From positions 110,982,001-111,046,000 of the forward strand of contig NC_045697.1 in NCBI RefSeq assembly GCF_009834535.1: a DNA stretch of 64,000 nt. Direction: 5' to 3'. This stretch comes from Camelus ferus. Lineage: Eukaryota. Positions 1 through 13,557 of the stretch are shown one piece after another; within the stretch, counting starts at the first letter, position 1, and each line of letters starts with the position of its first letter. The notes beneath the pieces were generated by a model, which ran no database searches, was not told where the DNA came from, and saw only the letters and a list, made by a program, of their open reading frames with translations. A program made the translations under genes and the position numbers.

Positions 1-300
1 TGCCTAGCACAATGGAAGAATACTTACACTAAGGCAAATGCTTGAGAAATTTCATAACACTAGGTATGAAAAGAGTCAGAAAAAGGAGAAATATACAGTA
101 AAACAGGAATCAAAATAACTTCTGAATTTTTACATAATATTAGATGCTAAAAAACAGTGAAGCAGTACTTTCAAAATAATAAAAGGAAGTTATATCCATT
201 CTATTATTTTATATCCAGTCCCTGAAGGAAACAAATAATAAAAAGTGTAACTTTAAAATTCCTAAAATAAACATATTTGAAATTATATATTAAGAAAGCA
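1..300 (+). mobile_element. Ancient degraded L1 ORF1 fragment
   Basis: A-rich sequence resembling the L1 ORF1 3' part (AATCAAAATAACTTCTGAATTTT...CAGTGAAGCAGTACTTTCAAAAT...TTTTATATCCAG). Confidence 0.5.
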
Positions 301-351
301 TATAGTGTGCCTGAAAGTATCAAATCATAACTACCAACATCAACAGATAAT

Positions 352-2390
352 CTTGAGGATTTCTCATCAAGATGGCGGAGTGGTAGGACCACAAGCTCGA
401 CTCTCCTCATGACTACAACAAAACCACAACTGAATGCTAAACAACCATTGAAAAAAAGACTGGAACCTAGCAAAAAAGATCTTCTGCAACTGGAAACATA
501 AAGAGGGAACCAGAGCAGGATGGTAGGAGGAGCATGCTCATGATATAACTGGGTCCCATGCCCCGGGGTGGGCAACCCACAAGCTGAAGAATAGTTAAGT
601 CACAGACACCCTCCCATAGGACAGAGAGCTCTAAGCCCCACGTCAGGCTCCCCAGCTTTGGTTCTGGCATTGGGAAGAGAAGGAGACCCCAGGACATCTG
701 GTTTTGAAGGCCAGCGGGGCTTGGTGCCAGGAGCCCCACGGGACTGGGGAGAATGGAGACTCCCTTTGCTTGGGAAATGTACACGGAGACTCACGTGCAC
801 CAGGTTCAAGGGCAGAGGCAGTGATTTCACAGGAAGTTGGGCCGGGCCTGCCTGCTGGATTTGGAGGGTCTCCTGGGGACCTAGAGGATGGCTGCAGCTC
901 ACTAAGGGGACATAAAAGCTGGTGGCGGACATTCTGGGAGTGTTCCTCTACATGCGTTTTCCTGGAGGCTGACATCTTGCTTGGGTCATTAGCACCAAGA
1001 CCTAGCCCCACCCAACAGCCTGTAGGGAAGCCTCAGGCCAAACGACATACAGGGTGGGAACACAGCCCCACCCATCAGCAGACTTCCTGAGTCACAAAGG
1101 CCTCTAGTCACAGCTCTACCCACAAGAGGTCCAGGAACAAGCCTCACCCAGCAGTGGGCAGGCACCGGCTCCTCCTGCCAGGAAACCTGCACAAGCCTCT
1201 AGTCCAGTCTCATCCACCAGGGGCAGATACTAGAAAAAAGAAAACAACAACCCCAAAGCTTGTGGAAGGAATCCACAAACACAGGCCAGACTCTACCCTG
1301 GAACTGGCTGGACCCTGACCCTTGGGTGACAAGAGAGAAGTGTACTGCTGAGACATATAGAGTATCTCCCACAGAGGGCCACCTCTCCAAGGTCGAGAAA
1401 TGTAACTAACTGACTGAAAAATAAAAATAGAAAGATAGACAATATGAGGCAGCAAAGGAGTATCTCCCAGCCAAAGGCACAAGATAAAATCCTGAAGAAG
1501 AAATAAGTGACGAGGAGACAGGCAATTTATTTAAGAGTTTAAAGTAATGATGGCCAAGATGATTAGAGAACTCAAGAGGAGTATAGATGTACAGAGAGAA
1601 GATTTTAACAAAGAGTTGGAAAATATAAAGAACACCCGAACAGAGTTGGAGAATAAAATCACTGAAATGAATAACACACTAGAAGGAACCAAGAATAGAC
1701 TAAATGAGGCAGAAGAATGGATCAGTGAGCTAGAAGACAGATTAGTGGAAATCACTAATGCAGAACAGAAGAAAGAAAAAAGAACGAAAAGAAATGAGGA
1801 TAATTTAAGAGAACTCTGGGACAACATGAAGTGCACTAATATTCACATTATAGGGATCCCAGAAAGAGAAGAGAGAGAGAAAGTACCTAAGAATATTCTT
1901 GGAGAGAGAATTACTGAAAACTTCCCCAACTTGGGAAAGGAATCAGTCACCCAAGTCCTGGAAGCACAGAGAGTACCGCACAGGATCAACCCAAAGAGGA
2001 ACACACCAAGGCACACAGCCATCAAATTGAACAAAAATTAATGGTAAGGAGAAAATATTAAAATTCACAAGAGAAAAGCAACAAATAACATACAAGGGAG
2101 CTCCCATAGGTTATCAGCTGATTTTTCAGTAGAAATTCTACAGGCCAGAAGGGAGTGGCACGATATATTTAAAGTGATGAAAGGGGAAAATTTACAACCA
2201 AGAATAATCTATCCAGCAAGGTTCTTGTTCAGACTTGATGGAGAAATCAAAAGCTTCACAGATAAACAAAAGCTAAAAGAATTCAGCACCACCAAACCAG
2301 CGTCACAACAAATGTTAAAGGAATTTTTCTAGTCATCAAACCATAAGAAAAGAGAACAAAAAGAAGAAAGAGGGGGGAAAAAGACCTACA
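352..2390 (+). mobile_element. L1 5' UTR + disrupted ORF1 (~1444-2332) + inter-ORF spacer; no sense ORF2 follows
   Basis: Starts with CAAGATGGCGG (YY1-type L1 5' end). ORF 1547-2041 is ORF1p-like (coiled coil; LRELWDNMKCTNIHIIGIPE; RVPHRINPKRNTPRH). Frameshifted continuation ends at TAG 2330-2332. Confidence 0.93.
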
Positions 2391-2665
2391 AGAGTTTGCT
2401 TTGGCTGTTCGGGGTCTTTTATGGTTCCTTATAAATTTTGGAATTGTTTGTTCTAGTTCTGTGAGGAATGTCGTGGGTATTTTGACATGGGTTGCGTTGG
2501 ATCTGCAGAGTGCTTTGGGTAGTGTGGCCATTTCGATAGTGTTGATTCTTCCAATCCAACAACACAAGAAATCTTTCCTTTTCTTTGTGTCATTTTGGTT
2601 TTCAGAGTATAGGTAACCTTCTTGGTTAAGTTTGTTTCTAGGTATTTTGTTGTTTTTGTTGTAAT
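2391..2665 (-). mobile_element. Inverted L1 ORF2 fragment
   Basis: Minus-strand translation [55 protein letters not shown] is L1 ORF2, downstream of the RT domain. Confidence 0.9.
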
Positions 2666-2727
2666 GAAAATGTTTATGCCAGTTATAAAATTCTGGTTTT
2701 TGAAGTGAAAAAAAAAAAGTGAATGAA

Positions 2728-2945
2728 GGGTTGCAAATGGCAAAATATCCTTCTTTCTTATGGGTGAGTTGTATTCCATTAAATGTATATAATATATATA
2801 TATAATATATTATATATATTATATATATGCTGTATCTTCTTTATCTATTCAACCATTGATGTGCACTTAGAATGCTTCCATATCTTGGCAATTGTAAATA
2901 ATGTTGCTGTTGATAGCAAGATGTATGTATCTTTTTGAATTAGTA
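2728..2945 (-). mobile_element. L1 ORF2 C-terminal fragment with internal (TA)n
   Basis: [17 protein letters not shown] matches the L1 ORF2 C-terminal MEYYSAIKKNEILPFAT. TA-rich tract at ~2785-2828. Confidence 0.8.
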
Positions 2946-3069
2946 ATTATTTTGTGATTGGCTTTATTCCTTTGATAACTATGAAAGTTTAAAAAGCTAA
3001 AGCTCTAAACGTTCTTAGAAACAATGAACAGTACATATAAGCAAATGTAAAAAATTTATGTGCAGTAAA

Positions 3070-3640
3070 AAAAAAAGAAAAAAAAATGAGCTATCAAGCC
3101 GTGAAGGACTTGGAAGAAACTTAAAAGACATATTACTAAATGACAGGAGCCAGTCTGAAAAGGTTACAAACTGTATGATTCCAACCAAATGACATTCTGG
3201 AAAAGGCAAAGCTACAGAAACAATAAAAAGATCATGGTTTCCAAGGGGTTAGGGAGAAGGAGGGAGGGATGAACAGATGGAGCACAAGGGATTTTTAGGG
3301 CAATGAAATTATTCTGTGTGATACTACAGTGGTGGCTACATGTCATTATGCATTTGTCAAAACCAATAGAATGTACAACATCAAGAGTGAACCCTAATGT
3401 AAACTGTGAACTTTGGTTGATAATAGTGTGTCCATGTTGGTTCATCGATTGTACCAAATATGCCACACTGATGAGGGATGATGAGGGTAGGGAAGTATAT
3501 ATGTGTGGGTGGGGAGAGCGATGTGCGAACTCTCTGTATTTTCTGCTCAGTTCTGCTGTGAACCTGAAACTGCTCTAAAAAATAGTCTATTAAAAAAAAA
3601 AAAAAAAAAACACCAGACCAAAAAAAAAAAAAAAGAAAAA
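3070..3640 (+). mobile_element. Old L1 (L1MC/MB-type) 3' end with poly(A) tail
   Basis: Typical 3' UTR motifs (CATTCTGGAAAAGGCAAA; GAATGTACAACATCAAGAGTGAACCCTAATGTAAAC; GTGAACCTGAAACTGCTCTAAAAAATA) followed by A-runs. Confidence 0.8.
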
Positions 3641-4540
3641 AAAACGATGGTCTCGTAAAATTCTAACTTGAAAGGAAACAAATCCTGTGGGCACTGAGAT
3701 AAAAGGAGTATATGACATATATGAAAAAAGGAAACCATGGTCTTTCAGAGCATAAATAAATCAATAAATCAGAAATAAATGGAGAGTATAATTATGATGC
3801 TCAAAGAAAATGAAAATGTGAGCCGAGGATTTTTACCTAACAAAACTGGCTTTTCATATAAAGGATACAAACTGTTATCAACAGGAAAGAACTCATAGAA
3901 GGTGGTTACTATTAGCCCTTCTTGAGGAATTTATTAAAGAACGAACTTCGATCAAAATGACTAGAGGGACGTCAACAGAAGAACTTGCATGGAGCATGAA
4001 AGGATGTTACTTGCTGAACAAAGAGAAGTGAATGTTGGAAGGAAGAAAATATTATGTTACAGCTACAAGCTCCAACAAAAAATGGAGGTTCAAAGATGTG
4101 TCCTATGCAAAGACACTTTGCTTTGTTTTCAGTAGAGTTGGTAATAACTGTCCTAGTATTGTTATTCTGAGACTGTGGTGTGTGATATGTGGGTTGGAAT
4201 AATTAGGGAATATCCTAACATCCTCTGTGTCCTTGAGAACCAAAGGGAAATAAAGAGATAAGTGAAAACCACAAGATCCAAAATTAGAACTGGCAGTATG
4301 AACTCATCAGGTATTTCATATTTAAAAATATATATTTCCTAGTTTTTCCAGCGAATTGGCCAAGAAACAATGATAAATGACAGATGAAAGGACCTTGGAG
4401 CAGGAGGAAGGAAGAACAAGAGAAGGAGCAGAATCTGGGGTGCACACAGTAGGACCTCTTCCTTGTGAGCTTTATAAACCATATTTGATGACTGAAATGG
4501 AAATTATAATACTACCTGTTACTCAAGACAATGATATTTA

Positions 4541-4954
4541 TTTTCCCCAGATTTATTGAGATAAAAGTGACATAAAACACTGTGTAACGTTAAGGTATAC
4601 AGGTGTAAGATATACAGGTATAAAGGTGTTGATTTGGAACCTTCACATACTGAAAAATGATGGCCACTGTAGATTTAGCCAACACTTCCATCACGTCATA
4701 AATCACTATTTCTTTTTTTGTGGTAAGAATATTTAAGTTCTACTCTCTCAGCAACTTTGAAGTATATAATATAGTATTATTGACCATAATCACTATGCTG
4801 TACGTTAGATCTTAAAACTAGAAGTCTATACTGTTGGACCAACAGCTCCCTGTATGTCCCACCCATCAAGTCCTGGTAATCAGCATTTTAGTCTCTATTT
4901 CAATGAGTTCAGATTTTTTAGATCCCACGTAAAAGTGATGTCATACACTATTTG
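4541..4954 (-). mobile_element. 5'-truncated L1 3' UTR (L1MA9-like) with 15-bp TSD
   Basis: Perfect direct repeat AGACAATGATATTTA at 4526-4540 and 4955-4969. TTTATTGAG marks the reverse-complemented 3' terminus. Confidence 0.88.
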
Positions 4955-6344
4955 AGACAATGATATTTAAATTTAAATACTTAACCAGGGGAAAGGTAAA
5001 GAGACCTAAATGCAGAGGAGGTTTTCACACTTCCTTTAAAGAAGTAAAGTGTTGAGACCAGTAGACAATGTCACACGTGGATGTTACATACCCAGAGCAG
5101 CCACTGAGAACTGTACCAAAAGTCACACTCAAAATCACTGTAAAGAAAGCAAGACAGATTCCTAACTTTATGTCCCCACAGTGGACTAACACACATCGAA
5201 TATGTTTGAATTAGTCAGTTCATAATGGTTTTTAAAAATACTAATTGGTCATATTTAGAGGATGACAGGGAATGAAATTGTTGCCTTTAAAATTGTGTAA
5301 CTAAAGGGAAGGAACCAAATCCTGCCTTTCCTGTGTGAAGTAATACCTCTCTGTGGGTAATCAAAAAAAAAAAAAAAAAAAGAAAGAAATGGAAGAGGGG
5401 AAGGATTTCTTTCTAAAATTATTTATGCAAATGAAAAAACACAGCAGAATACCATCATTTTGTAACTCTCAAGGAATTAGTAATCATTATAAGCATTAAG
5501 TATCAACAGCTGCTACTATTAAAAAAAATGGTTAAAACCAGACATAATATGCATCCTGATAAAAGAACATACCACCAGCAGAGAGATCTAACTCCAGTCT
5601 GATTACATGTCTGGATCCAGCTGCCAAGTACAGGGAATACAGAAGGCAGAGTCCCAGGTTAATGCATCCAAGTTTCCAGATCAGCAAAACCTAGACTATG
5701 GTGAACTACCCCAGTTAAAGGACACAAATTCTTCCTCGGGTAGATTATAAGGAAAAGAAAGAAACTGAAAGGAAATCTGTGAGACTAAAAGAGACTTGAA
5801 AGATATATCACATTTTTAAATGGGCCAGACTAAACCATGGTGTCTAGGAATGCACTCTTAGCTGATACAACCATAGGGAAAAGTGGCTGTTATAAAAATC
5901 AGGGTGGGGGTTCCATAGGCAAAAATGGGACAGCCCCTGACAGGGGCTGAGCACGTGGATAGCTTCGGGGGCCAGTGGGAAAATCCTCTATTTCTTGACT
6001 TGGGCAATGATTACAAGGGTATTCACCTTACAACTCACCAAGCTGCATGTATGCTTTGTCTGGTTTCCTACAGCCAAGGTTTTTTTCCATTTTTGTTTTT
6101 TTTAATACTAAGATCTAAAAAAGGTTAAACTTAGACCATGTGCATTAAATTAGTACTACATCAACTTCATATATTTCTAGAGCAAAAGAGACTGATGTCA
6201 GACAGGTCATATTGACTCCACCAGCATAACTTCCTCAGTGTGTTCCAAAGATAACTAAGCATTAAACATTATTTGTCACAAGATTTTTTTTGGTCACAGA
6301 AGTATTTCTAACATAATCTATTTACCAAAGCTTAATGACTTGGA

Positions 6345-6545
6345 AAGGCATGGGTGTTGACTTCAGACAGACCTAAATTTCAGTCCCAATCCTACTTGTT
6401 TTTTAGTTTTGTGACTTAGCCTTTCTGATTTTCAGTTCTCTTGACTGCACAATGGGAATAATTACTAATACTATTGTTTTTTAAGGTTGGAGTTTTTTTT
6501 TTAATATAAAGTACCAGAAACAGTTCAGGTACTAAAGAAATATGA
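6345..6545 (+). mobile_element. MIR SINE remnant
   Basis: CAGACAGACCTAAATTTCAGTCCC...TGTGACTT...TCAGTTCTC...AATGGGAATAAT core pattern. Confidence 0.6.
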
Positions 6546-8319
6546 TTCCTTTTATAATTCCAATATTCACTTTCACAAAATAACAAACCCCCAAATACAG
6601 ACTATTACATAGCAAAGAAAACAGAATTTTGGTTGGGATTGATTAATGCTAACATTTTTATTCCATTTCCCATTACTAGCTTCCATGTATTTTTGAACCA
6701 ATAAGAAATACTACCTTTTTTTAATTAAACTGGTTTTTTTTTATCATTATTACACCTTTTTATTACGGGATACAGTGGCCATGGTGTCAAACACGTTGAA
6801 ATGTACCAGACTCCTGGGGGCCACTAACAAGGGGATGAGGCCACCAGGAGACTGGCTGGAGGTGGCCCGGGGTGGTTGGAATGAGCTCAACCAAGGCAGT
6901 AAAAAGGCACGTGGTGCCAGATCTGAGGAAAGTACTCATGTGCTTCTTGCCTTTTCTTTTCAAGTGAATCTTTTTCTCACTGCCTTCAGCTCCCTGGGAC
7001 ATTTTTCTAAAGCCAGACTCAAGGTCTTTCTGTCTGATTTGTAAACACCACTTTCTGTGCTTAAAATCCACTTGACGGGGAGGCCTCATCCTTTTAACTC
7101 CTAGTTGCCAGGACAAGTGCAGTCTGTTTGAGTCACGTATCAGAGGGGACAGAAATGATATTCTGAAGCATCGATGTGTTTTTCTCTATGGCAGAGCGTT
7201 TCCCAGCAGGCATTTTGCACTTGAAAAGGGAAGATAAACACCACCTTGAGAAGGAGGTAGATATGACCTATGGGATTTTCCAGCAAAACAGAAGGGAGAA
7301 ATAAAAGAAGCTCAGAGAAATCTGAAGGGTAAGAGAGGCAGCAGGAGACTCAGTCACAAAGAGCATTCCAACTCCCACGCCAGGTGTTCAAACAGCAAAG
7401 GGTACAGGGGAGGGGCGCGGCTCGGGCACACTGAGAGGATGCTGAGGGCAGCGGGCACTTGGTGATCTGAGAGGGAAGTGCCCGCCTAGTGGACCTCCTC
7501 CAAGGTGGGGCCAGGCAAGGCAGTGCTCCCAAGCCCTCCCCAACCCCTGAGGGCAAGGAAGGCCATTAGGATATTTCTCCGAGCCCGGTGCAGGATGCAA
7601 AGGTAGCTGGTGGCGCTGGGTAAGATTTCCAAGGGAGTTCCTGCAACAGAGCCAAAGTGGTCCTGACATGACAAGCTGAAGGACAGACTACCAGGACAGA
7701 TGGAATGCACTGTAGACCTTGGGATTTTCCACTGTGATATTGAACTCCAGGGGGTTGGCGTCAGCAGGGACACAGGTTGATCAGACCTGCTTTCCACAGT
7801 GAGCACCAGCCAAAAGGAGACAGTAGCAAGCCCCAAGACCAGCAGGGTCACCCCTCAGCAGAGGCCGGCGAGAACCCAGGGCCAATGCTCAGATCGGAGA
7901 CTTTCTCTCACCCCAGACCACGATGTCCAAACCAACCCTCTCCCCTACTCCCGTGCACCCAGATAACATCCCAGGGAGTGTATGAGGTCAAACAGATCAG
8001 ACAGGGAGGTGAACAATTATGCAAAATGAGACTGAGAGAACCACTTGGCCGTTTAAGTACCTATTACCACATCCAACACCACGACCAGCATGCAATGAAA
8101 ACTTGAAAAATTAGACAGAGAAAAGAAAAATGCTCAGGATTTGTTTTTGGTTTGTTTTGTGGGGTGGGGGAGGGAGAAGGGGGTTTTGGGAGCACATAGG
8201 GTAGAGTATAAACTTGTGAAGTCTTAACAAAAATGTTTTGGGAGTTTGTATAATTAAGGCAACTTTAACATTCCAATCAAAAGTGGTACACATACCCAGG
8301 TAATGTAAGTGTCTTACTG

Positions 8320-8882
8320 TGTTAGGTAGTTAGAGTAAATGTGGGCACCAGGCAGGTAGGTAGAGGAGAGGGAGGCGGGTCCGGAAGATGGCGTTATGCC
8401 CACCTGCAGCATAAAGGGGCTTTATCTTCTCTAAGTGAGAGCCAGCAAGAGACTCGTTAGAACCCAACAGCTGCAACTGTGCAGTAGCGAGAAGAACTTA
8501 ACCAGACACACCCTAGGGCTCATTGTAATATAATTAGCATTGCAGTTTAGCTCCCCCCAACCCCCATGGGTTTTCCTGTGTGCATCATGGGTACGGACAT
8601 GTGCAAAATGGGATGAACATGACTAAGCACTCCAGGGGCAAGAGCTGTCAATCAATCAAGAGACCACCTCTAAATGAGGGTATAAGAGAAGGGGGCAAAC
8701 AAAGACCATTGCTATCCGCCCTTGGATCAGCCCGCCTCCCGTTCTTGGAGGGGTGCTTTCCCTTTGCTAATTATAAGACCTTTAAAATCTTTCACTACAC
8801 TACGCACCATCTCCCATCTGTAATCCTATCTTTCAGGTATGATGGGAACTGGGGTCTTTTCCCTTCTCCTTTTAGGGTAACA
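8320..8882 (+). mobile_element. Solo ERV LTR
   Basis: ~563 bp with inverted termini TGTTA...TAACA. TATA-like TATAAG at 8681-8686, followed by R/U5-like sequence. No clean TSD seen. Confidence 0.75.
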
Positions 8883-10945
8883 GTGGTACAACTGATAGCA
8901 GCAGTAGTATCTAACCAACACTTACACTGTAGCTTTCACAGATTTTTTCCATATATCAAACAGTTCAAATTCAAAATTCATTCCACAGTATGACAAAGCT
9001 TTTCTCAGAGGAAATCTAAATTTTCAAATCAATGCATACAAAACGGACAGCTTTATTCACGGAGTCAAACGAACAAGGAACACATTACTGATTTTAATGT
9101 ATTAAAATGAATGATTAATATATTAATAATTTAATAATTATATAAATAATATAAAATTACAATTGATTTATAAATTACATAAACAAAATAATTTAACTAT
9201 AGGATTATTATTATGTTTTCATGCTTTTAAATGTTTTTCTGACCAGTAAATCTGTTAAAGAACAACAGATTACAAATAAATTCTAAAAAACAGGAGAGAA
9301 TCTAAATTAAGACTTTCAGAAAATCCGGTTACACAGTCTTCATGTCGAGCCTGGTGGCTGAGGTCCATCTTCCGAGTTACGCATGGTTACTGCAGACTCA
9401 GATGAGGTAAGGTTTATAAGTTATCCCTGTTTATGAATCTGCCCTTTATTTTGATGTAAACAGCTATACAGATAGAATTTTATAAAGATGATAGGAATAA
9501 GGAATGAGGAATACTGTTAGGAATACTCACTTTCTACCCACAAAATATTTCAACTGAGTCTCCCAGTAAAAACAAACAATCTAGAAGAGATGGTGACCAG
9601 AGGAACAAGTTAAATAACATTTTCAGAGTTAAAAGCATATGGCAACATGCCAAATAGCTGAAACAGCAGTGTGATGGGTTCAAGGGAAAGGGGATGTGTT
9701 GGGGGGCTCTCACGAGCACGGACGAAGCAGGGAAGTTTCTGATCTCAGAAGCCTCTGACGGCATTCTTTCCCTTTGCTTCTCGTCGCGTTTCATTTCATT
9801 CATTCTTTGTGCTTCCCCAAAATAAGTGCCAGAGTTGGCAGAGATAAGTGGCATGAAACACTGGACTGGAAACATCTCACCTATTCCACAATGTACAACC
9901 CCTGTCTGAGTTTCACGCAAAGTCAAGTCCCATTCGGTGCTTCAACTTGCATTCAAACTCGTAACAGTCGCTCCTCCAACACGCTTAACGATCAGCTTAG
10001 CCTAGCTTCTGCTTTACTGCTAAATGCCATACAGGGGGTCATACCCTTTGCTCGTCAGTTACCCAGCCATCAGCTAAGAACCTGTCTTTGCCTCAGGCCA
10101 CTGCCTCTTTAAATGTAGTTATCTCAGAATGAACTGCTGGGTGAAGAACTACCCTGAGCAGAGCACGAAGCCAGTCACTGCAATCTCCAAGACAGGCTCA
10201 CTTGAAGGACTTAAGGCTGGAGGAAGAGGAAAATAAACCCAGTAGAAACCTAACTGTGTAAAAAGTGAAATTAAGTTTAGAAGAAATTAAAAAAATTAAA
10301 TTAAGCTCAGAACTGAAAACTACCAAGTTACAATTCAAGATAACTCTCCTACGTTATTAAAACGATTCTCCGTTGATCTTAACACTTGAGTCATGGAATA
10401 CAGTCAGATCCTTAGCTTTACAGTCTCAAGAAATATAACAACTCATTTGTATCAATAAACCCATGAGATGTATTATAAATTATATTTTATTACTTTTTTA
10501 CAAGTGAAATTCTTCAATTATTTATGACTAAAAGATGTCATTTATAAAATAAGGATAATTATCTTATTTCAAAAAGTTGCTGAAGAAAGAAATTTAAAAA
10601 TACTTAGAACAATGTCTAACACAGAATAAGCACTTTATAAACATTTGCTATTGTAATTGTTAATTCTTCAGCCCCCTAATATAACTGGTAACATATTATT
10701 TAAGTTCACTGCATATGTTTCCTTTTGGAGTGCTTATAGATCATAATAAACATATTTCCTTTCACACATTACTTCAATGTTTGCATTTTAAAAGAACTTC
10801 TCAGGTATTATAAAGCAGATAAGATAAAAAGAAAATATTCTGGTTTACCATCTACCCAAAAGAGAATCATTTCATTTGTCGAGGTGAATAGGACCCTGAG
10901 AGAATTTATGTATAGTTTTTGTTTACCAAAGGTATTTCTTGAAAG

Positions 10946-11140
10946 CAAGGGTCAGCATACTTTTTCTGTACAGAGCCAGACAGTAAATATTTTATTATCA
11001 GTCTTTGTGGGCCATAAATTCTCTGTTGCAACTCCTTAACCTGCCATTGTCATGCAAAAGCAGCCACAATCTACCTGTAAATGAAAGAGTGTGGCTGTCT
11101 CTTAGGCAGCAGATAATTATTTACACAGAAAACAAAATCT
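10946..11140 (+). mobile_element. MER58A-like hAT DNA transposon
   Basis: CAAGGGTCAGCATACTTTTTCTGTACAGAGCCAGACAGTAAATATTTT...GTGTGGCTGT resembles the MER58A consensus. Confidence 0.8.
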
Positions 11141-11889
11141 AATAGACCATAAAAGAGCATGCACCTATGGCATAATAAACCATCTTTAAGAACTCAAAAC
11201 ATTTTAAATCTCTTATGTGACACTTAGGATGACTTGCCCATTAATTCTTTATATAGTTCCTCTGCAACTACGACGGCTGGTCTACATACCAAATGGGGAC
11301 ATGCTGGCCTTGAACACTGTTACTCCTCCTCCTTCTCCGCGTACCAACCTGGCTGACAGCTGAACTCCATTGATTCAACCTGGGAGAGTGCACCCAGGCC
11401 TTGATTTCTAAACATTTATAGTTTTAAAAGTACTGGTTTAATTTAGTGGCCAAATTAGTAAAGCTTTACTGATTCAATTTCAGCCAAGTCGACTCTTTAC
11501 TGGGATATTTATTAGGTTAAGTGAAGTTGTGGCAAATTCATAATGAGCAGCTAATCTTGATTTTTACACTCCTTTTGATAGTGGTAGAGGGAGAAGATTG
11601 CCAAATGTCAGACTGCAGATAGAATTTAATCATACAAACAGGGAACTGACTGATACAAAGGGTGGAAAAATACTGAACTGTGTTATAGAACCTTTCTCTT
11701 CTCAAATAATATACAGACCATACTTCATAAGCCGCGAGCCATGAATAGCAGGTACTATTAGATTCATTTCTAGAAGGAGATGTTCAGATATCAAGAAATT
11801 AGGTGTAAGAGAAAGTCAGCTGCTTGGCTGGAAAGAGAAGACAGATTTCCTGAACTCTCAAATCACTGTGGTGTCTACTACATAACTGC

Positions 11890-12009
11890 TTTCTTTCTGA
11901 TTGAAATACAGTCAGTTACAATGTGTCAGTTTCTGGTGTACAGCACAATGTCCCAGCCATGCATATATATAAAACATATATTTTTTTCATAATTATTTTT
12001 CATTGAAGG
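11890..12009 (-). mobile_element. ~120-bp L1 3' terminus with TSD
   Basis: Reverse-complement match to the 3' end of the L1 at ~27850-27950. Flanked by CATAACTGC at 11881-11889 and 12010-12018. Confidence 0.85.
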
Positions 12010-12889
12010 CATAACTGCCTTTTTATATCTGGATAGTTCCAAAGAAAATCAGCAAAAGGAGTTATTCCACTTAAACTCTCTTCTCCTGAAAAAAGTCAGA
12101 TTTGCTAAAGGGAAACTGATGCAAAATTTGTCTACTTCTTTCCAGCTGATAAAAAGATTGATTTCTGCCAGAATACTCTCATTTCCTTTTATGACAGATT
12201 CTAAGGGAAGATACTGATTCTCACGGATGCAAAAGAAAATTGAGTGTGATGGTGGCTTAGGCCGAGCTGAGGACCACTAGCTCAGCACTGTTGACCAGCA
12301 ACTGGTCACCAAGCCAAAAACTGGCGTTGCCTGTTGTCCACATGTACCAGAAGCCTTGGCACCATTTCTGTCATCATGCTGTCTGCTTGTTTTAGAGGAG
12401 CTGAATGGGATAAGACTACACCTTGTTCACCTGCACTTGTGAATTAAATCAGCAGTTTTATTTACCCAAGTCCATTGTCCCAAGGGGGTTATTCAAATTC
12501 TAGATTATTTCGAGGGAACTTGATGGGGGGAAGTCAGGCACTTTTTGAACAAACTGGATGTGTTGTTACTGACTTCTCTGCACCACAAGCCACAGCTTTA
12601 ACAATGAAGCAGCAGATCAGGCACAAGTTAAGACAAGTACATTAGGCGGGAAAGCACCTGACAGGACCTTCAGAGTGTGCTCCAGGCTGTCTGTGCTTGT
12701 GATGCACACGTTGGGCATGAACCAATGGCTCCAGTGCAAAAGGGCTACGCGATAATATTTACTTATCACAGCTTTGAAATTCTGGGGGGAAACTTTTGAC
12801 ATTTTAAAGCAACATAAGAAGAGCATTTTTATTCAGTGATGATGTCCCCACCACACTGAAACTTCTCAACATTACTTAATGTACCAGGG

Positions 12890-13240
12890 CCCTCAGAACT
12901 TAAGCTTTCGCCTGTGCTGTTCCTTTTGTCTGTGATGCCCTTCCTCCCCTTCAGGCCAATCCCTCCTCTCCACAACAGTGATGTCAGATTCTCCCTTCTG
13001 TCTGCTCTCTTATCACAGGTAATGGCTGTCCTTCCCTGTTCTGTAGACCTTTTGATGGCACTTTTATTAGAACACTTATCACACTGGTCACTTCTGTTTA
13101 CATGTCCATCTCCCCAGTTAAATCACAGGCATTTAGAAGTCAGGAACTACATTTCCTGGTCTTCTGTGGCGGTTCACTCACAGCACTTAGCATCACTCAC
13201 AGCACAGAGGAGGTGCTCATGTCAGGTTGAATAATTGGTT
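12890..13240 (+). mobile_element. L2 3' end remnant
   Basis: Pyrimidine-rich L2 tail pattern ending CAGCACTTAGCA...CACAGAGGAGGTGCTCA...TTGAAT. Confidence 0.6.
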
Positions 13241-13557
13241 TAGTAAATTATTTTGACTTTGTTGGGCTAGAAGAAACCTTAGATCTCATTCGGTTCTGAC
13301 TTTTAGAGGTAAATAAATGAAAGCATGTAAGCGACACGTCCAAGGTCATACAGCCAAGTGCAGGCCTCCTGACCCACCTTTCACTCTGTACAAGCCATAC
13401 CTTAGAACATAACTTTAAAAAAATTGCATTTAGCACAAAACAGACAGCCCCTTACTCTTCTCCATCAAGCTCCATATAGCTATTTAAGTAAGAAGAATGG
13501 AAAAAGAAGAAAAAGGAAAGAGATCAGGAAGAAGACAAACTGTCACTACTCCTAGAC

